A DNA stretch of 64,000 nucleotides from Planctomycetota bacterium (GCA_038212275.1 JBBQUR010000015.1:32001-96000); one strand, 5' to 3'. Counted from the stretch's first letter, positions 47,877 to 59,745 are shown. The notes: generated by a model from the letters alone, not told the origin. Made by a program: numbers and translations.

Positions 47877-49147
47877 GGCGCCCTCAGCAGCACACTGACG
47901 TTGTTGCCGCCGAACGCGAACGAGTTGCTGAGCGCGCGGCGGAACATGCCGCGCGTCAGCACGGTCGGCACGCGGATGGTCACGGCCGGATCCAGCGGCG
48001 CGGCGTTGAGCGACGGCGGGATCCAGCCCTCCTCGATCGCGTACGCGGCGAAGGCAGCCTCGATCGCGCCGGCTCCGCCGAGCGTGTGCCCGGTGTAGGC
48101 CTTGGTGGACACGACCGGAACCTCCGCGCCGAAGAGCGCGCGGATCGCGCCCGCCTCCGCCACATCGTTGAGCCGCGTGCCGGTGCCGTGCGCGTTGATG
48201 TAGTCCACGTCCCCGGGCCGCAGCCCGGCCTGGGCCAGCGCGGCCGACATCGCGTCACGGGCGCCGCGCCCCTCGGGGTGCGGAGCGCTCACGTGATACG
48301 CGTCGGATGACTCGCCGACACCGGCGAGCAGCACGCGCGCGTCGCCGTCGCGCTCGAGCAGCAGCAGCGCGCCGCCTTCGCCGATGTTGATGCCCGCGCG
48401 CTCCGTGCCGAAGGGCCTGCAGATGCCGCGGTCGAGCGCGCCAAGCGACTGGAAGCCGAGCAGCGTCATCGAGCACAGCGTGTCGATGCCGCCGACGATG
48501 GCCGCGTCGATGGTGCCGGCGGCAATGAGCCGCTGCGCGGAGGCCAGCGGCTTGGCGCTCGACGTGCATGCCGTGGACACCATCCACGTCGGGCCGCGCG
48601 CGCCGGTGAGCGTCGCGACGACGTGCAGCACGGCGCCGAAGGTGTGCTGCCGCCGGAAGTCGAACGCGGCGGGAAGCACGCCCTGCTCGACGTAGGTGCG
48701 GTAGGCCCGCTCGGTGGTTTCCGCGCCGGCCGTGCTCGTGCCCAGCAGCACCGCGATGCGTTCGGGGCGCCAGCGTTCGCGCGCGCGGCGCAGCGGCTGA
48801 TCCAGTTCCGCGAGCAGCCACGCGGCCATGCGCGCGCAGCGCGTGTCCCATCGGGCCAGCGCACCGTCGAGCGCGGGCAGCTCGGTGCGCACGGCGCCCA
48901 CCATCGTCAGCACGGGGAAGGGGCCGTCCCACGGCACGAGGCCCGAGCGGCCCGCGGCCAGCGCGGCCAGGATGTCGGCGCGCGTGCCGCCCAGCGCGTT
49001 GAGGTTGGCGTACGCGGTGATGGGCACCGGCCGGATCGGTGGCCGAGTCGGTGGCCGGGTTGGTGGCCGGGTCGGTGCGCGATGCGGCGCGAAGTGCGGC
49101 ACAGGCTGCAGCGCGTGAGGGGGCGGGCGCGTGTCGTCGGCGGTCAT
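47873..49147 (-). CDS. Beta-ketoacyl-ACP synthase (ApeO-like)
   Basis: STACTSS, NAHGTGT..ND..E, KAYTGHTLG, SNSFAFGG. Confidence 0.93.
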   Translation of the reverse strand: MTADDTRPPPHALQPVPHFAPHRAPTRPPTRPPTRPPIRPVPITAYANLNALGGTRADILAALAAGRSGLVPWDGPFPVLTMVGAVRTELPALDGALARWDTRCARMAAWLLAELDQPLRRARERWRPERIAVLLGTSTAGAETTERAYRTYVEQGVLPAAFDFRRQHTFGAVLHVVATLTGARGPTWMVSTACTSSAKPLASAQRLIAAGTIDAAIVGGIDTLCSMTLLGFQSLGALDRGICRPFGTERAGINIGEGGALLLLERDGDARVLLAGVGESSDAYHVSAPHPEGRGARDAMSAALAQAGLRPGDVDYINAHGTGTRLNDVAEAGAIRALFGAEVPVVSTKAYTGHTLGGAGAIEAAFAAYAIEEGWIPPSLNAAPLDPAVTIRVPTVLTRGMFRRALSNSFAFGGNNVSVLLRAP

Positions 49148-49151
49148 GCCT

Positions 49152-50342
49152 TCAGCCCTGGCCCCGCCGCGCGGCGAGCAGCTGGTCCTGGAAGGGGTTG
49201 TCGTCGCGCCAGACGTCGCCGGCCAGCACGCTCAGCACGCCGGCTCGCATCGGCATGCCGTCCGTGTCGCCCAGGAAGACCGACTCCGCGAAGCGGCTGT
49301 TGTAGAAGCGGCCGATGAGCGCGCCAAAGGTGCGGTAGGCACGGTCCATGCTCCTGCGATGCGCGTCGAGCAGGCCGGGCTCCGTTTCGGTGCCGGCCTG
49401 CAGCGCCGGGCCGATCGCATCGGCCAGCGACTCCGCGCCGCGCAGTGCCAGCGTGACGCCCGACGAGAACACCGGGTCGAGGAAACACGCCGCGTCGCCT
49501 ATGCATGCGAAGCGCGGGCCGCAACTCGCCGTGTTGCGGTAGCTGAAGTTGCTCGCGACATGCGTGGCCAGTCGCTCCGCGCCGGCCGTGCAGCGCGCGG
49601 CGAGCGGGTCCGCGAGCAGCGCGTCGAGCTGCGCGTGCGTCGCGCGCTCCTGGCTCACGAGGCCGACCGAGAGCCGCGCGCCCGGCAGCGGAATGATCCA
49701 GCCCCAGCCATCCGGGCGCAGCAGCACGCGGATCGCGAAGCCTGGGCCCAGCTCATCCAGCGCCTCGCGGCGCAGGCCGGCGAAATGCGTGAACACCGCC
49801 GCCGCACCGAAGGCGCGATACGGCTCGACACTGCGCGACTGCTGTGCGAGCAATCGGTCCTGGCCTGTCGCGTCGATGAGGTAGCGCGCCGCGAGTCGAT
49901 CCGACGCGGTGCGGACGTGCACGGCGTCCGATGCATCGAGTTCCGCCTCCAGCACGGCCTCGCCGTGGCGCACTTCGGCGCCGGCTGCGCGCGCGACGTC
50001 GCGCAGCAGCGTGTCGAAGCGCGCACGGTCCACGTGGAAGCTGTGGTCAGGCAGCCCCGGCAGCGCGCCGTCGAAGCTGAACACGCCGCGCCGCCCGCTG
50101 GCCTCGCACAGAAACTCCGCACCGCGCTTGCGCAGGAAGGCGTCCGCGTGCGGCTCGACGCCGAGGCGCGCGAGCACGGACAGCCCGGCGGGCAGCAGCG
50201 ATTCGCCGATGTGGAAGCGCGGGAAGTGCGACTTCTCGAGCACGACCACCGACAGGCCGCGCCGCGCGAGCAAGGCCGCCGCCGTGGAACCGGCGGGGCC
50301 GGCGCCGACGACCGCCACGTCCCAGCGCGGCTCGCCGCTCAC
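49152..50342 (-). CDS. Flavin-dependent halogenase-family protein (short form)
   Basis: VGAGPAG, PRFHIGESL, FLRKRGA, VDRARFD, GWGWIIP, GDAACFLDPVFSSGV. Confidence 0.85.
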   Translation of the reverse strand: MSGEPRWDVAVVGAGPAGSTAAALLARRGLSVVVLEKSHFPRFHIGESLLPAGLSVLARLGVEPHADAFLRKRGAEFLCEASGRRGVFSFDGALPGLPDHSFHVDRARFDTLLRDVARAAGAEVRHGEAVLEAELDASDAVHVRTASDRLAARYLIDATGQDRLLAQQSRSVEPYRAFGAAAVFTHFAGLRREALDELGPGFAIRVLLRPDGWGWIIPLPGARLSVGLVSQERATHAQLDALLADPLAARCTAGAERLATHVASNFSYRNTASCGPRFACIGDAACFLDPVFSSGVTLALRGAESLADAIGPALQAGTETEPGLLDAHRRSMDRAYRTFGALIGRFYNSRFAESVFLGDTDGMPMRAGVLSVLAGDVWRDDNPFQDQLLAARRGQG

Positions 50343-51058
50343 CCGAGCCCGCCGTCGATGCCGATGACCTGGCCGGTGATGTACGCGGCGTCGTCCGATG
50401 CGAGGAAGGCCACCAGCGCCGCGACCTCGTCGGCCTTGCCGAAGCGCCCGGCCGGGATCATCGCCTTCAGCTCCGGCGGCACGCCGGCGGTCATTCCCGT
50501 GTCGATGAGCCCCGGTGCGACGGCGTTGACGGTGATCTTGCGCTTGGCCAGCTCGAGCGCGAGCGAGCGCGTCGCCCCGATGAGGCCCGCCTTGGCCGCT
50601 GCGTAGTTGACCTGGCCCCGGTTGCCGCGCAGCGCCGCGAGCGACGAGAGATTGATGATGCGCCCCCACTTGCGCTGCACCATCGGCATGACGAGCGGGC
50701 GCGTCACGTGGAAGAAGCCGTCGAGCGAAGTGGCCAGCACGTCGCGCCACGCGTCGACGGACATGGCGGGGAACGCGCCGTCGCGCGTGATGCCGGCGTT
50801 GTTGACCAGCACGCCGATCGGGCGGCCGTCCTCGAGCAGCGTGGCGAGCGCCGCTTCGGTGGCCGCACGGTCCGCGACATCGAAGCGCGCGGCCACCGCC
50901 TCGCCGCCGCGCTCCGTGATGGCCGCGACCACCGCCGCCGCGCCGGCCTCGTCGCTCCGGTAGTTCACGATGACGGCATGCCCGGCGGCCGCGAGCCGCT
51001 GCGCGATGGCGGCGCCGATCCCGCGGCTGGCGCCGGTCACGAGTGCGCGACTGATCAT
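50339..51058 (-). CDS. fabG: 3-oxoacyl-ACP reductase
   Basis: TGASRGIG, NNAG, GNRGQVNYAAAK, VAPGLIDT. Confidence 0.92.
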   Translation of the reverse strand: MISRALVTGASRGIGAAIAQRLAAAGHAVIVNYRSDEAGAAAVVAAITERGGEAVAARFDVADRAATEAALATLLEDGRPIGVLVNNAGITRDGAFPAMSVDAWRDVLATSLDGFFHVTRPLVMPMVQRKWGRIINLSSLAALRGNRGQVNYAAAKAGLIGATRSLALELAKRKITVNAVAPGLIDTGMTAGVPPELKAMIPAGRFGKADEVAALVAFLASDDAAYITGQVIGIDGGLG

Positions 51059-51146
51059 GCGGCGATCGGCTCGAGGGGGACGTGTCCCGTCGTCGCGCCG
51101 GGGTGCGCGGAAGGGCCGGTCATTCTCGGCTCGCCGCGCAGATCGA

Positions 51147-51875
51147 TCAAGGCGACGGAGCGGATGGCGGCGGCGTGGGGCGCGCCGCGAGCCCGGCCAC
51201 CGCAGCCGCAAGCCGCACAAACGGCTGGCGCGCCTCGCGCAACACGTGCCACGGCACGAGCGGCACCGCGGACGCCGAAGCCGGCGCAAGCAGCGCGACC
51301 ACCGCATCGCACGTGGACGAAAGGTCGCCGCGCACGTCGTCGCCGAGCACGTCGAACGCACCCGTGACGACCAGCGCCGCCTCGCCGTCCTCCAACAGGC
51401 GCGCCGCCTCCGCGAGGGCCAGGCCATCGTCCGCGCCGTCGACGTCGTCGACGCAGAGGCAGAGCGTCGGGCCGCGCAGGCCGAAGCGAATGGCCAGCGC
51501 GCCGGGCGCGGCGCTCGGCAACGTGCCGGGAAACAGCGAGGCCGCGCCCACGTCGGCCGGCCGGCACGCGGCGAAGCGGCGATCCGCGTCGAGACAGCCG
51601 AACCCGGTCTGCACGACGAGCGCCACGTCGTCGCGGTCGGCCGACGCGAGGGCGCGGCCGAGGCCTGCCGCTTCCGCCGCGAGAATGAGCGCGCGCGACG
51701 CGCGGTCCAGACGCCGCCAGTCCGGGTCGATCACGCCGAAGAGCTGCCGCAGGCTGCGCGCGGTTCCCGGCGGCGCCACGCCGAGTGCGCTCCAGGCGGC
51801 CTGCACTCCGGCGCTGCCGCGCACGCCCTGCGCATCGACGACACCCACCGCGACGACCACGAGCGCCGTGCTCAC
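51147..51875 (-). CDS. Ketosynthase N-terminal-like / second chain-length-factor-like protein
   Basis: WRRLDR.SR, SLFPGTLPS..G..AI.FGLRGP; short; lacks the KS catalytic His residues. Confidence 0.75.
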   Translation of the reverse strand: MSTALVVVAVGVVDAQGVRGSAGVQAAWSALGVAPPGTARSLRQLFGVIDPDWRRLDRASRALILAAEAAGLGRALASADRDDVALVVQTGFGCLDADRRFAACRPADVGAASLFPGTLPSAAPGALAIRFGLRGPTLCLCVDDVDGADDGLALAEAARLLEDGEAALVVTGAFDVLGDDVRGDLSSTCDAVVALLAPASASAVPLVPWHVLREARQPFVRLAAAVAGLAARPTPPPSAPSP

Positions 51876-52981
51876 GCCTGCAGCACCAGCGCGGCCTGGA
51901 TGCCGCCGAAACCGCTCGACACCTTGAGCGCGCAGCTGCTGCGAGCCAGCGTCCTCGGCTCGCGCACGAGGTCGAGGCCCGCATCGACGTCGGGCTGCTC
52001 CAGGCCGACGTTGCGCGACACGACGCCTCGCCGCAGCGCCTCGCAGGCGAGCAGTGTCTCGAGCACGCCGGCCGCACCGAGCGTGTGGCCGGTCTGCGCC
52101 TTCGTCCCGAACGCGGGCGGCGTACGCCCGCCGAACGCGGCGACGAGACCGCGCGCTTCGCACGCGTCGTTGGCCACCGTGCCGGTGCCGTGGACATGCA
52201 CCAGGTCGATCGCCGACGCGTCGATGCCCGCGTGCTGCAGCGCACGGCGCACGGCAAGTGTCAGGCCGGCGCCTTCACGATCGGGCCCGGTGACATGGCA
52301 TGCATCGTTGGCCCCGCCCCATCCGGCGATGGAAACGCCCCGTGATTCCTTCGCGTGCGCCGAAAGCAGGATCGCGCCGGCGCCATCGCCCAGCGACATG
52401 CCGTGGCGGCGCGCGTCGAACGGCCGGCACGCGCCGCGTTGCAGCGCGCCCAGCGACGCGAAGCCGGCCTGCACGAAGTCGTGCGCCACGTCGACGCCGA
52501 CGACGAGCAGGTGCTCGGCCTCGCCGCGCACGATGCGCCGCGCGGCGAGCGAGAGCGCGGCGACGCCCGACGCGCACGCGCACGACACGGCGGCCGTCAC
52601 GCCGCCGAGTCCCAGCTCCGCGGCGAGACGCCGTGCGAGACGTGCGGGGCTGCCGAGGCCATCGCCCAGACCATCTCCCAGGTCGGCGACGCCCGAGAGG
52701 TCGGCCTTCGCGGAGGCCAGCACCAGGCCGATGTCGCGCGGGTCGACGCCGGGCGCCTCGGCCAGCGCCTCCCGCGCGGCGAGCGCACCGAGCGCGAGCG
52801 CGAACTGCGCGTCGCGTCGCGCCGCCCCGATGACGTCCGGTGGCACGCGGGCGATGCAGGCGCCGTCCGCCAGGTCGCGCAGTGCGGTCTCGCCCGCCGT
52901 CACGCCGGCCTGCAGCACGTGACGTCCCGCTCCGAAGCCGGTGACAGCTCCCCGCCCGGCGATGTGAGCCTGTCGCTTCAG
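51872..52981 (-). CDS. Beta-ketoacyl-ACP synthase (second KS), probably with a CTG start
   Basis: SCACASG, HVHGTGT.ANDACE, KAQTGHTLGA, SGFGG; KS N-terminal homology (HIAGRGAVTGFG) extends upstream of the GTG at 52918 to a CTG at 52981 preceded by GGAG. Confidence 0.88.
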   Translation of the reverse strand: MKRQAHIAGRGAVTGFGAGRHVLQAGVTAGETALRDLADGACIARVPPDVIGAARRDAQFALALGALAAREALAEAPGVDPRDIGLVLASAKADLSGVADLGDGLGDGLGSPARLARRLAAELGLGGVTAAVSCACASGVAALSLAARRIVRGEAEHLLVVGVDVAHDFVQAGFASLGALQRGACRPFDARRHGMSLGDGAGAILLSAHAKESRGVSIAGWGGANDACHVTGPDREGAGLTLAVRRALQHAGIDASAIDLVHVHGTGTVANDACEARGLVAAFGGRTPPAFGTKAQTGHTLGAAGVLETLLACEALRRGVVSRNVGLEQPDVDAGLDLVREPRTLARSSCALKVSSGFGGIQAALVLQA

Positions 52982-53030
52982 CGGCCGACTCCGCGAGCGA
53001 CTGTCCGTGCGCAGCGCGTGGCGGCAGCGC

Positions 53031-53598
53031 TCAGAAGAAGTCCTTCATGAACCCGTCCATCGGCAGCGGCAGCAGCGCCTTGGCGTGATCCGCGCCGGGG
53101 GATGGATGCCGGCTGGTGGCGGCGACGCTGTTGGAGTTGAGCACGTCGTCCGAGGCCGCGTCGAGCATCTCGCTGGCGATCTCGACCGAGTCGGGAATCT
53201 CGACCGAGTCGGGAATCTCGACCGAGTCGGGCATCGCGGGCGAGTCGGGAATCGCGGGCGAGAACATCGGGCGATCCTCCCGGCGGAGGAGCTTCGAGCG
53301 GACCACGTCAGGTGATTTCCGCGACGCGCGCGTTGTGCATGGCCTGGTCGACGGATTCGGGGCCCGCGCCGATCAGGATGCGCTGCAGGTGCGGGCGCAG
53401 CGCGTCGACGATCGCGTCCGTCACCTGGTCGCCCGACTTCGGGAACTCGATGCCGTCGTAGCCGCCCGGCGCGGGAGCCATGACGCAGGCCGAGTGTCCC
53501 GCGAGCCGCAGCCCGGTTGCGCCGTCGCGCATCCACGTGTCGTTCGAGGAACAGCCCGCAGCGCAGGCGAGCAGGCATGCCAGGACAATCCGTTTCAT
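53031..53598 (-). pseudogene. Frameshifted DUF4823-like lipoprotein
   Basis: MKRIVLACLLACAAGC lipobox; one extra base at ~53309 (ACC TGA C GTG); removing it gives TYVV..LL.REDR; ends GADHAKALLP.P; contains 18-bp repeats encoding IPDSVE. Confidence 0.6.
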
Positions 53599-53883
53599 CA
53601 CGCGCACCCCGGGGAGGGCGTAGCTCACAGAAGCGCCCTCCACCCTACCGCAGCGCCCGCACCGTGTCCTCCCTCCGGCGGTGAACGCCGCCCCGCTCGC
53701 GACATGGCGCCACCGCTCCCCGCTCCGCTTCGCGCGCGCCCGGCTCCAGGCGCCGTCATCCCGGCCAGGTTGGCCCGGCTTGTCGCCCGGCGCACAGAAT
53801 CGCTCCGCTCACGTCTCCGGCGATACGCTGAGCAACTCCCCGCTCTCCTCTCTTCACACCCCACCACTCATATCCCTGTGGCG

Positions 53884-53930
53884 GCCGCGCCGGGTGCCGC
53901 GCCGGGTGCCGCGCCGGGTGCCGCGCCGGT
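53884..53930. repeat. 12-bp tandem repeat gccgcgccgggt x4
   Basis: Directly visible units. Confidence 0.85.
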
Positions 53931-54059
53931 GCGTCGGCCGGCAGCCCCAGCGAGGTCAGGATCGCCGTCACCACCGCGGCCTGCGTGAGCGCCGTGAGAG
54001 TCACGCGCCGGCCAGCGCAGCGCTCGCCGTGCAGCACGTCCAGCGCAGCACGTCCAGTG

Positions 54060-54345
54060 CAGCACTCGATAACCCGATCCGACGCGAGCCGAGAATATGC
54101 GTCGCACCGGATGGACTTGCTTGAAGCGCAGGCTGGGATGAAACGGATCCTGCCTGAACAGTCGATCGCGGCCTGAGCCTGACCCCGGACGGCGGGAGGC
54201 AGACTGTCGAGCGCCTTGCGAGAGCAAAGCGTGGTCCGTGATCTCACGGCTTGTCGGGATCGAGCTCTTCGGTCTTGCCGTCGCGGAACTCGGCGAGCGC
54301 CTCATCGGCGAGAAGCTCGAGCGCCGGCGACGTCTCTGCCAGCCT
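54060..54345 (-). pseudogene. Degraded type II toxin-antitoxin pair (antitoxin C-terminus plus RelE/ParE-like toxin)
   Basis: ..LELLADEALAEFRDGKTEELDPDKP* overlaps a GTG at 54247; toxin MRSRTT..KALDSLP then frameshifts to LFRQDPFHPSLRFKQVH..IFSARVG.GYR. Confidence 0.7.
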
Positions 54346-54499
54346 GCGCTGCGCTCGCCGCTCGGATCACCGCGCGGCTGGGGCTCCGGCACTTGTCATG
54401 CCGCCCGCCTCGAGCCGACATGCGTGTGCGAGCCGGACTCCCTTGGTAACGCCCTCGTGGATGTCGAGCGTCTCGATGCGAAGATGGGGGCAACTGCGG

Positions 54500-54702
54500 G
54501 GCATGGTCAGCCGCGGAGAGCTGGTCCGGGCAGCGCAGGCCTGTCGCATCGACGCCGTGATGAGGCCGTACATCGAGGCCGTCATCGCTTGACGAGGCCG
54601 GTGACGAACTTCGCGGCCTCCGTCCGGGCGAGGCTGCTCGAGGCGACCAACAAGCGCAGGGGTGACTTCCAGTTCACGCTCCAGCGCTACGCCGCCGAGC
54701 GT
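54500..54702 (+). pseudogene. AbiE (type IV TA) remnant: end of AbiEi antitoxin plus start of AbiEii nucleotidyltransferase
   Basis: ELVRAAQACRIDAVMRPYIEA* overlaps TTG-TRPVTNFAASVRARLL...FQFTLQRYAAER. Confidence 0.7.
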
Positions 54703-55269
54703 GAAGCCGTCGGCGCGCACGCGCTGAGCGCTGCCGGGGCCGGCGGGCGGAACGCCGTACCACCGCGTCGCGTTCCACACGCCCCAGCCGCCGACACTGA
54801 ACTTCCAGGCCACGTGGCGCTTGTTGGCGAGGTGGCGTCCCGTGTTCCGGAAGAGGAACTGGAACGTGTCCGTGCCATCCATCAATGTCACGAAGTTCGC
54901 GGCGTGGCGATCGAAGGAGGAAGGCACCGTGACGTTGTTCGTGTCGACGCCGAGATCGAGGTCGTCCCCGCTCGGCCAGAGTCTCGCATTGATGCTGAAG
55001 GTGTCCATGTCGCCTCGCGAAGAAGGGCTCGGGCAAGCGGGCCGCATCCTGGTCGCGCTTGCGCGTTCGTGTGGGGATTCCTCGCGACCTCGTGCCGTGC
55101 GATTCGCTCGTCCGTTGGAGAGCGCGTCACCCGCGACACATCCATCGATGGATCACTCGACTTGCGAACTGCGCCTGCGAGTCCACGCACAAGTCAGGAT
55201 GCAGACTCGGCCTTGAGTTCCGGCCGGTGGCGCGCACGTCACATGCGTCGCCCGCCACAGCTCTCGGAC

Positions 55270-55430
55270 CATGGTGTCGTGCCGCTGATCGAGTTGCTGG
55301 CGCCGAAGCCGAACGGACCGGCCGGATCCTGCTGCCAGCACTGCACGCCTCCCGGCCATGAGCTGGGCAGTTCGATGAGGCCGGCGGGCCCGATCGGAAT
55401 GTTCGCGACGACGAACGCGGCCGCCGGCAC
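55270..55430 (-). pseudogene. Orphan, internally deleted remnant of the shared C-terminal domain
   Basis: PIGPAGLIELPSSWPGGV-QCWQQDPAGPFGFGASNSISGTTP, followed by TGG where the stop would be. Confidence 0.55.
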
Positions 55431-55456
55431 CAGCGCGTGTCTTGCGACTTCCCCGA

Positions 55457-55942
55457 TCAGCCATTCATCGGGATGTCGCCGGGCGCGTGCAGGCGGTCGG
55501 CGAGATAGGCGTCAGCGTCGATGCCCGCCGCGCGCGTCGCCCGCACGAATGCGTCGCGCTCATGCACCATGACGTCGATATCCCAGATGCAGAACGACTC
55601 GCGCTCATTCGGGCCACGAAACCGCGCGACGACAGGCGGCGAAACGAACAGGCGGACAGGAAGCTCGTTGCCGTTGTCCCACCATCCAAAGACCAGATAA
55701 TCACCCACCTGCGCCTGGTGCATGATGATGAAGCCCAGCCCGGGGCGCAGCGAATCCGTGGCTGGCTGCGGGAGCGCGCCGCAGACCAGGTCCTCCCATC
55801 CCGCGAAGCGATGCATGTTCAAGGCGCCATCGCCCTGGACGATCGCATAGAGCTTCAACCGGTAACCCGCGAGCTCGACGATCCCGATGCAATTGATCGC
55901 ACGCGGTCGCCAATGATCGCTGCGGAACTCGGCGATGGTCAT
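55457..55942 (-). CDS. Conserved hypothetical protein
   Basis: RLKLYAI, GLGFIIMH, GWWDNGNEL, CIWDIDV..HER.AF pattern recalled from a widespread uncharacterised family. Confidence 0.65.
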   Translation of the reverse strand: MTIAEFRSDHWRPRAINCIGIVELAGYRLKLYAIVQGDGALNMHRFAGWEDLVCGALPQPATDSLRPGLGFIIMHQAQVGDYLVFGWWDNGNELPVRLFVSPPVVARFRGPNERESFCIWDIDVMVHERDAFVRATRAAGIDADAYLADRLHAPGDIPMNG

Positions 55943-56368
55943 GTGCAGGTCCAGTGCCCGGGTGTCTCTCGACGACAGCGGGGAAAATGTAAGACAAGCG
56001 CCCCCCACCCTACCCCGGCGCCCGCGCTGAACGCTTCCCGGACCGCGAGCCTCGCGACGGAATCGGCGCGGGCGTGCATGCTGCCGTCCGCTCGCGGGTC
56101 CACGAAGTCGTATCACGGCCGACTGTCGCCTTCGGCTCCCACGCGCCACGGAGGACCCTACTTGCCGAGCGTGGTCACCATGCCCTGGCCGGAGAGTTCA
56201 GGCACTCTGTCCCACACCCCCGGTGCCGAAAGTTTCGGCCGTGTTTCGCGAAGCCGTATCCCCGCACCGCACGCGCACCGCCCCGGTCGCCGGCGCGACG
56301 AGATCCGCTTCGAGCGATGTGTGCGCTGCGCAGCAGGCGCCACGATCGTGCGGCCGCCGCCGGAGCTC

Positions 56369-57922
<1,554 letters not shown>

Positions 57923-58308
57923 GGCGTTCAAGAAAGAGGATGCAGCCCGGCGAGCGATCAGGCGATGTTTCTCGGGACGCCCATCGGGTGTGCCGCTCCA
58001 TCCCTGACTCGCGATGCCCGCTTCAGCTTGCCGAGCGCACTCCCGCGCGCTGTAACAACGCCGCGCGGGGGGCGCACCGGCGGGCACGGGCGAGGCCCGG
58101 CCTGGCCGAAGCGGCCCGGCCTCGCCCGAGCCGCGCCTGCTCTGCTTGCTTCTCTTCATCACTGTCTCCTTCCCGGGATCCGCCCGGGCTCAGGAGGCGG
58201 TGCTCTGCTCCATGCTCTGCACTTAGAAAAGCGAAGGTGTTTCCTTACGCCCTACAACCTCGATCAGGTGGCTCAGCATGTCCGAAGCATACGGAGGCCC
58301 CGCCCTGC

Positions 58309-59745
58309 TCAGAACCTGAAGTAGATGAAGGGCACGATGCCCGGAGGCCGCAGACCGGTCAGCAGCAGCGCGGCCGCCAGCACCGCGAGCCCCTGCGCGA
58401 GAGCTGGCAGCCGGCACCAGCGGCGCTCGGTGCCATCCACCCACGACTGCGGCATGAAGTGCGTGACGAAGGCGGCGGCAAGCACCACGTCGACCTGCCA
58501 GGGAATCTTCGGTACGACGCCGCGCAGGCTGGCCATGCGTCCCATCAACAGCCACCACGTGGACGTGTCCGGCGCGCGATAGAGCAGGCCGATCAGCGCC
58601 ACCCAGTGCCACGTCAACAGGAAGCCCACCACCATCCACCACCGCCGCTCGCGGAAGCGCGCGAAGCGGAAGACCGTGCGCCACAGCCGCGTGACGATGA
58701 GCCCGACGCCCTGCGCAACGCCGTAGATCACGAAGGTCCACGTCGCACCGTGCCAGAGCCCGACGAGGACGAAGGTCACGAAGGAGTTGAGACACGCGCG
58801 AACCAGCCCGCGCCGGCTGCCTCCCAGCGGAAAGAACACGTAGTCGCGGAACCAGCTCGACATCGAGATGTGCCAGCGGCGCCAGAACTCGTCGAGGCTG
58901 GACGACTTGAACGGCGAGTCGAAGTTGGGCGTCAGCTCGTAGCCGAGCAGGCGCGCGGAGCCGATCGCGATGTCGGTGTAGCCGGCGAGGTCGCCGTAGA
59001 GCTGCATGGCGAAGGCGTAGCCGAGCAGCAGCACCGAGGGCGCGTCCAGTTGCGCGAGCGTGGCGCGATCCGCCATGACGGGGTCCACGAAGTGCGTGGC
59101 CAGCAGGTCGGCGATGAGCAGCTTCTTGGCCAGGCCCTGCAGGATCTGGAAAAGGCCCGAGCCGATGCGCTCGCGCGTGAGCGGCGGCCAGCGGTCCATC
59201 TGCGGCAGGAAGTCCACCGCACGCACGATGGGCCCGGCGATGAGCTGCGGGAAGAAGGCCACGTACAGCGCGAAGTCGATGAAGCTGCGCGTCGGCTCCA
59301 GGTCGCGGCGGTAGATGTCCAGCGTGTAGCTGAGCGTCTGGAAGGTGTAGAAGCTGATGCCGAGCGGCAGCGCCAGATGCAGGAAGGTCGGGTGCGCGTC
59401 CACACCCAGCCGGCCCAGCAGTTCCGCGACGCTGCCCACGAAGAAGTCGTAGTACTTGAAGGTGCCCAGCATCCCGAGGTTGCCGGCCAGACTCGCGGCC
59501 AGCCAGAGCCTCGCCCGTCCGCGGTCGCCGCGCGCGTGCGCCGCGTGAATGCCCCGCCCGACCGTGAAGTCCAGCATTGTGCTGGCGAACAGCAATGCGA
59601 GGAAGCTCGGGTGCGCATGCCCGTAGAACCAGTAGCTGGCGATGAGCAGCATCGCGTGTGCGACCGGGCGCCGTCGCCGGAGCGTCCAGTACAGGACGTA
59701 GACGGTCCACAGAAACAGAAAGTAGGAGATGCTGCTGAAGACCAT
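58309..59745 (-). CDS. MBOAT family O-acyltransferase (AlgI/DltB-like)
   Basis: LPLGISFYTFQ, FFPQLIAGPI, FWRRWHISMS.WFRDY, GLWHGA.W. Confidence 0.95.
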   Translation of the reverse strand: MVFSSISYFLFLWTVYVLYWTLRRRRPVAHAMLLIASYWFYGHAHPSFLALLFASTMLDFTVGRGIHAAHARGDRGRARLWLAASLAGNLGMLGTFKYYDFFVGSVAELLGRLGVDAHPTFLHLALPLGISFYTFQTLSYTLDIYRRDLEPTRSFIDFALYVAFFPQLIAGPIVRAVDFLPQMDRWPPLTRERIGSGLFQILQGLAKKLLIADLLATHFVDPVMADRATLAQLDAPSVLLLGYAFAMQLYGDLAGYTDIAIGSARLLGYELTPNFDSPFKSSSLDEFWRRWHISMSSWFRDYVFFPLGGSRRGLVRACLNSFVTFVLVGLWHGATWTFVIYGVAQGVGLIVTRLWRTVFRFARFRERRWWMVVGFLLTWHWVALIGLLYRAPDTSTWWLLMGRMASLRGVVPKIPWQVDVVLAAAFVTHFMPQSWVDGTERRWCRLPALAQGLAVLAAALLLTGLRPPGIVPFIYFRF

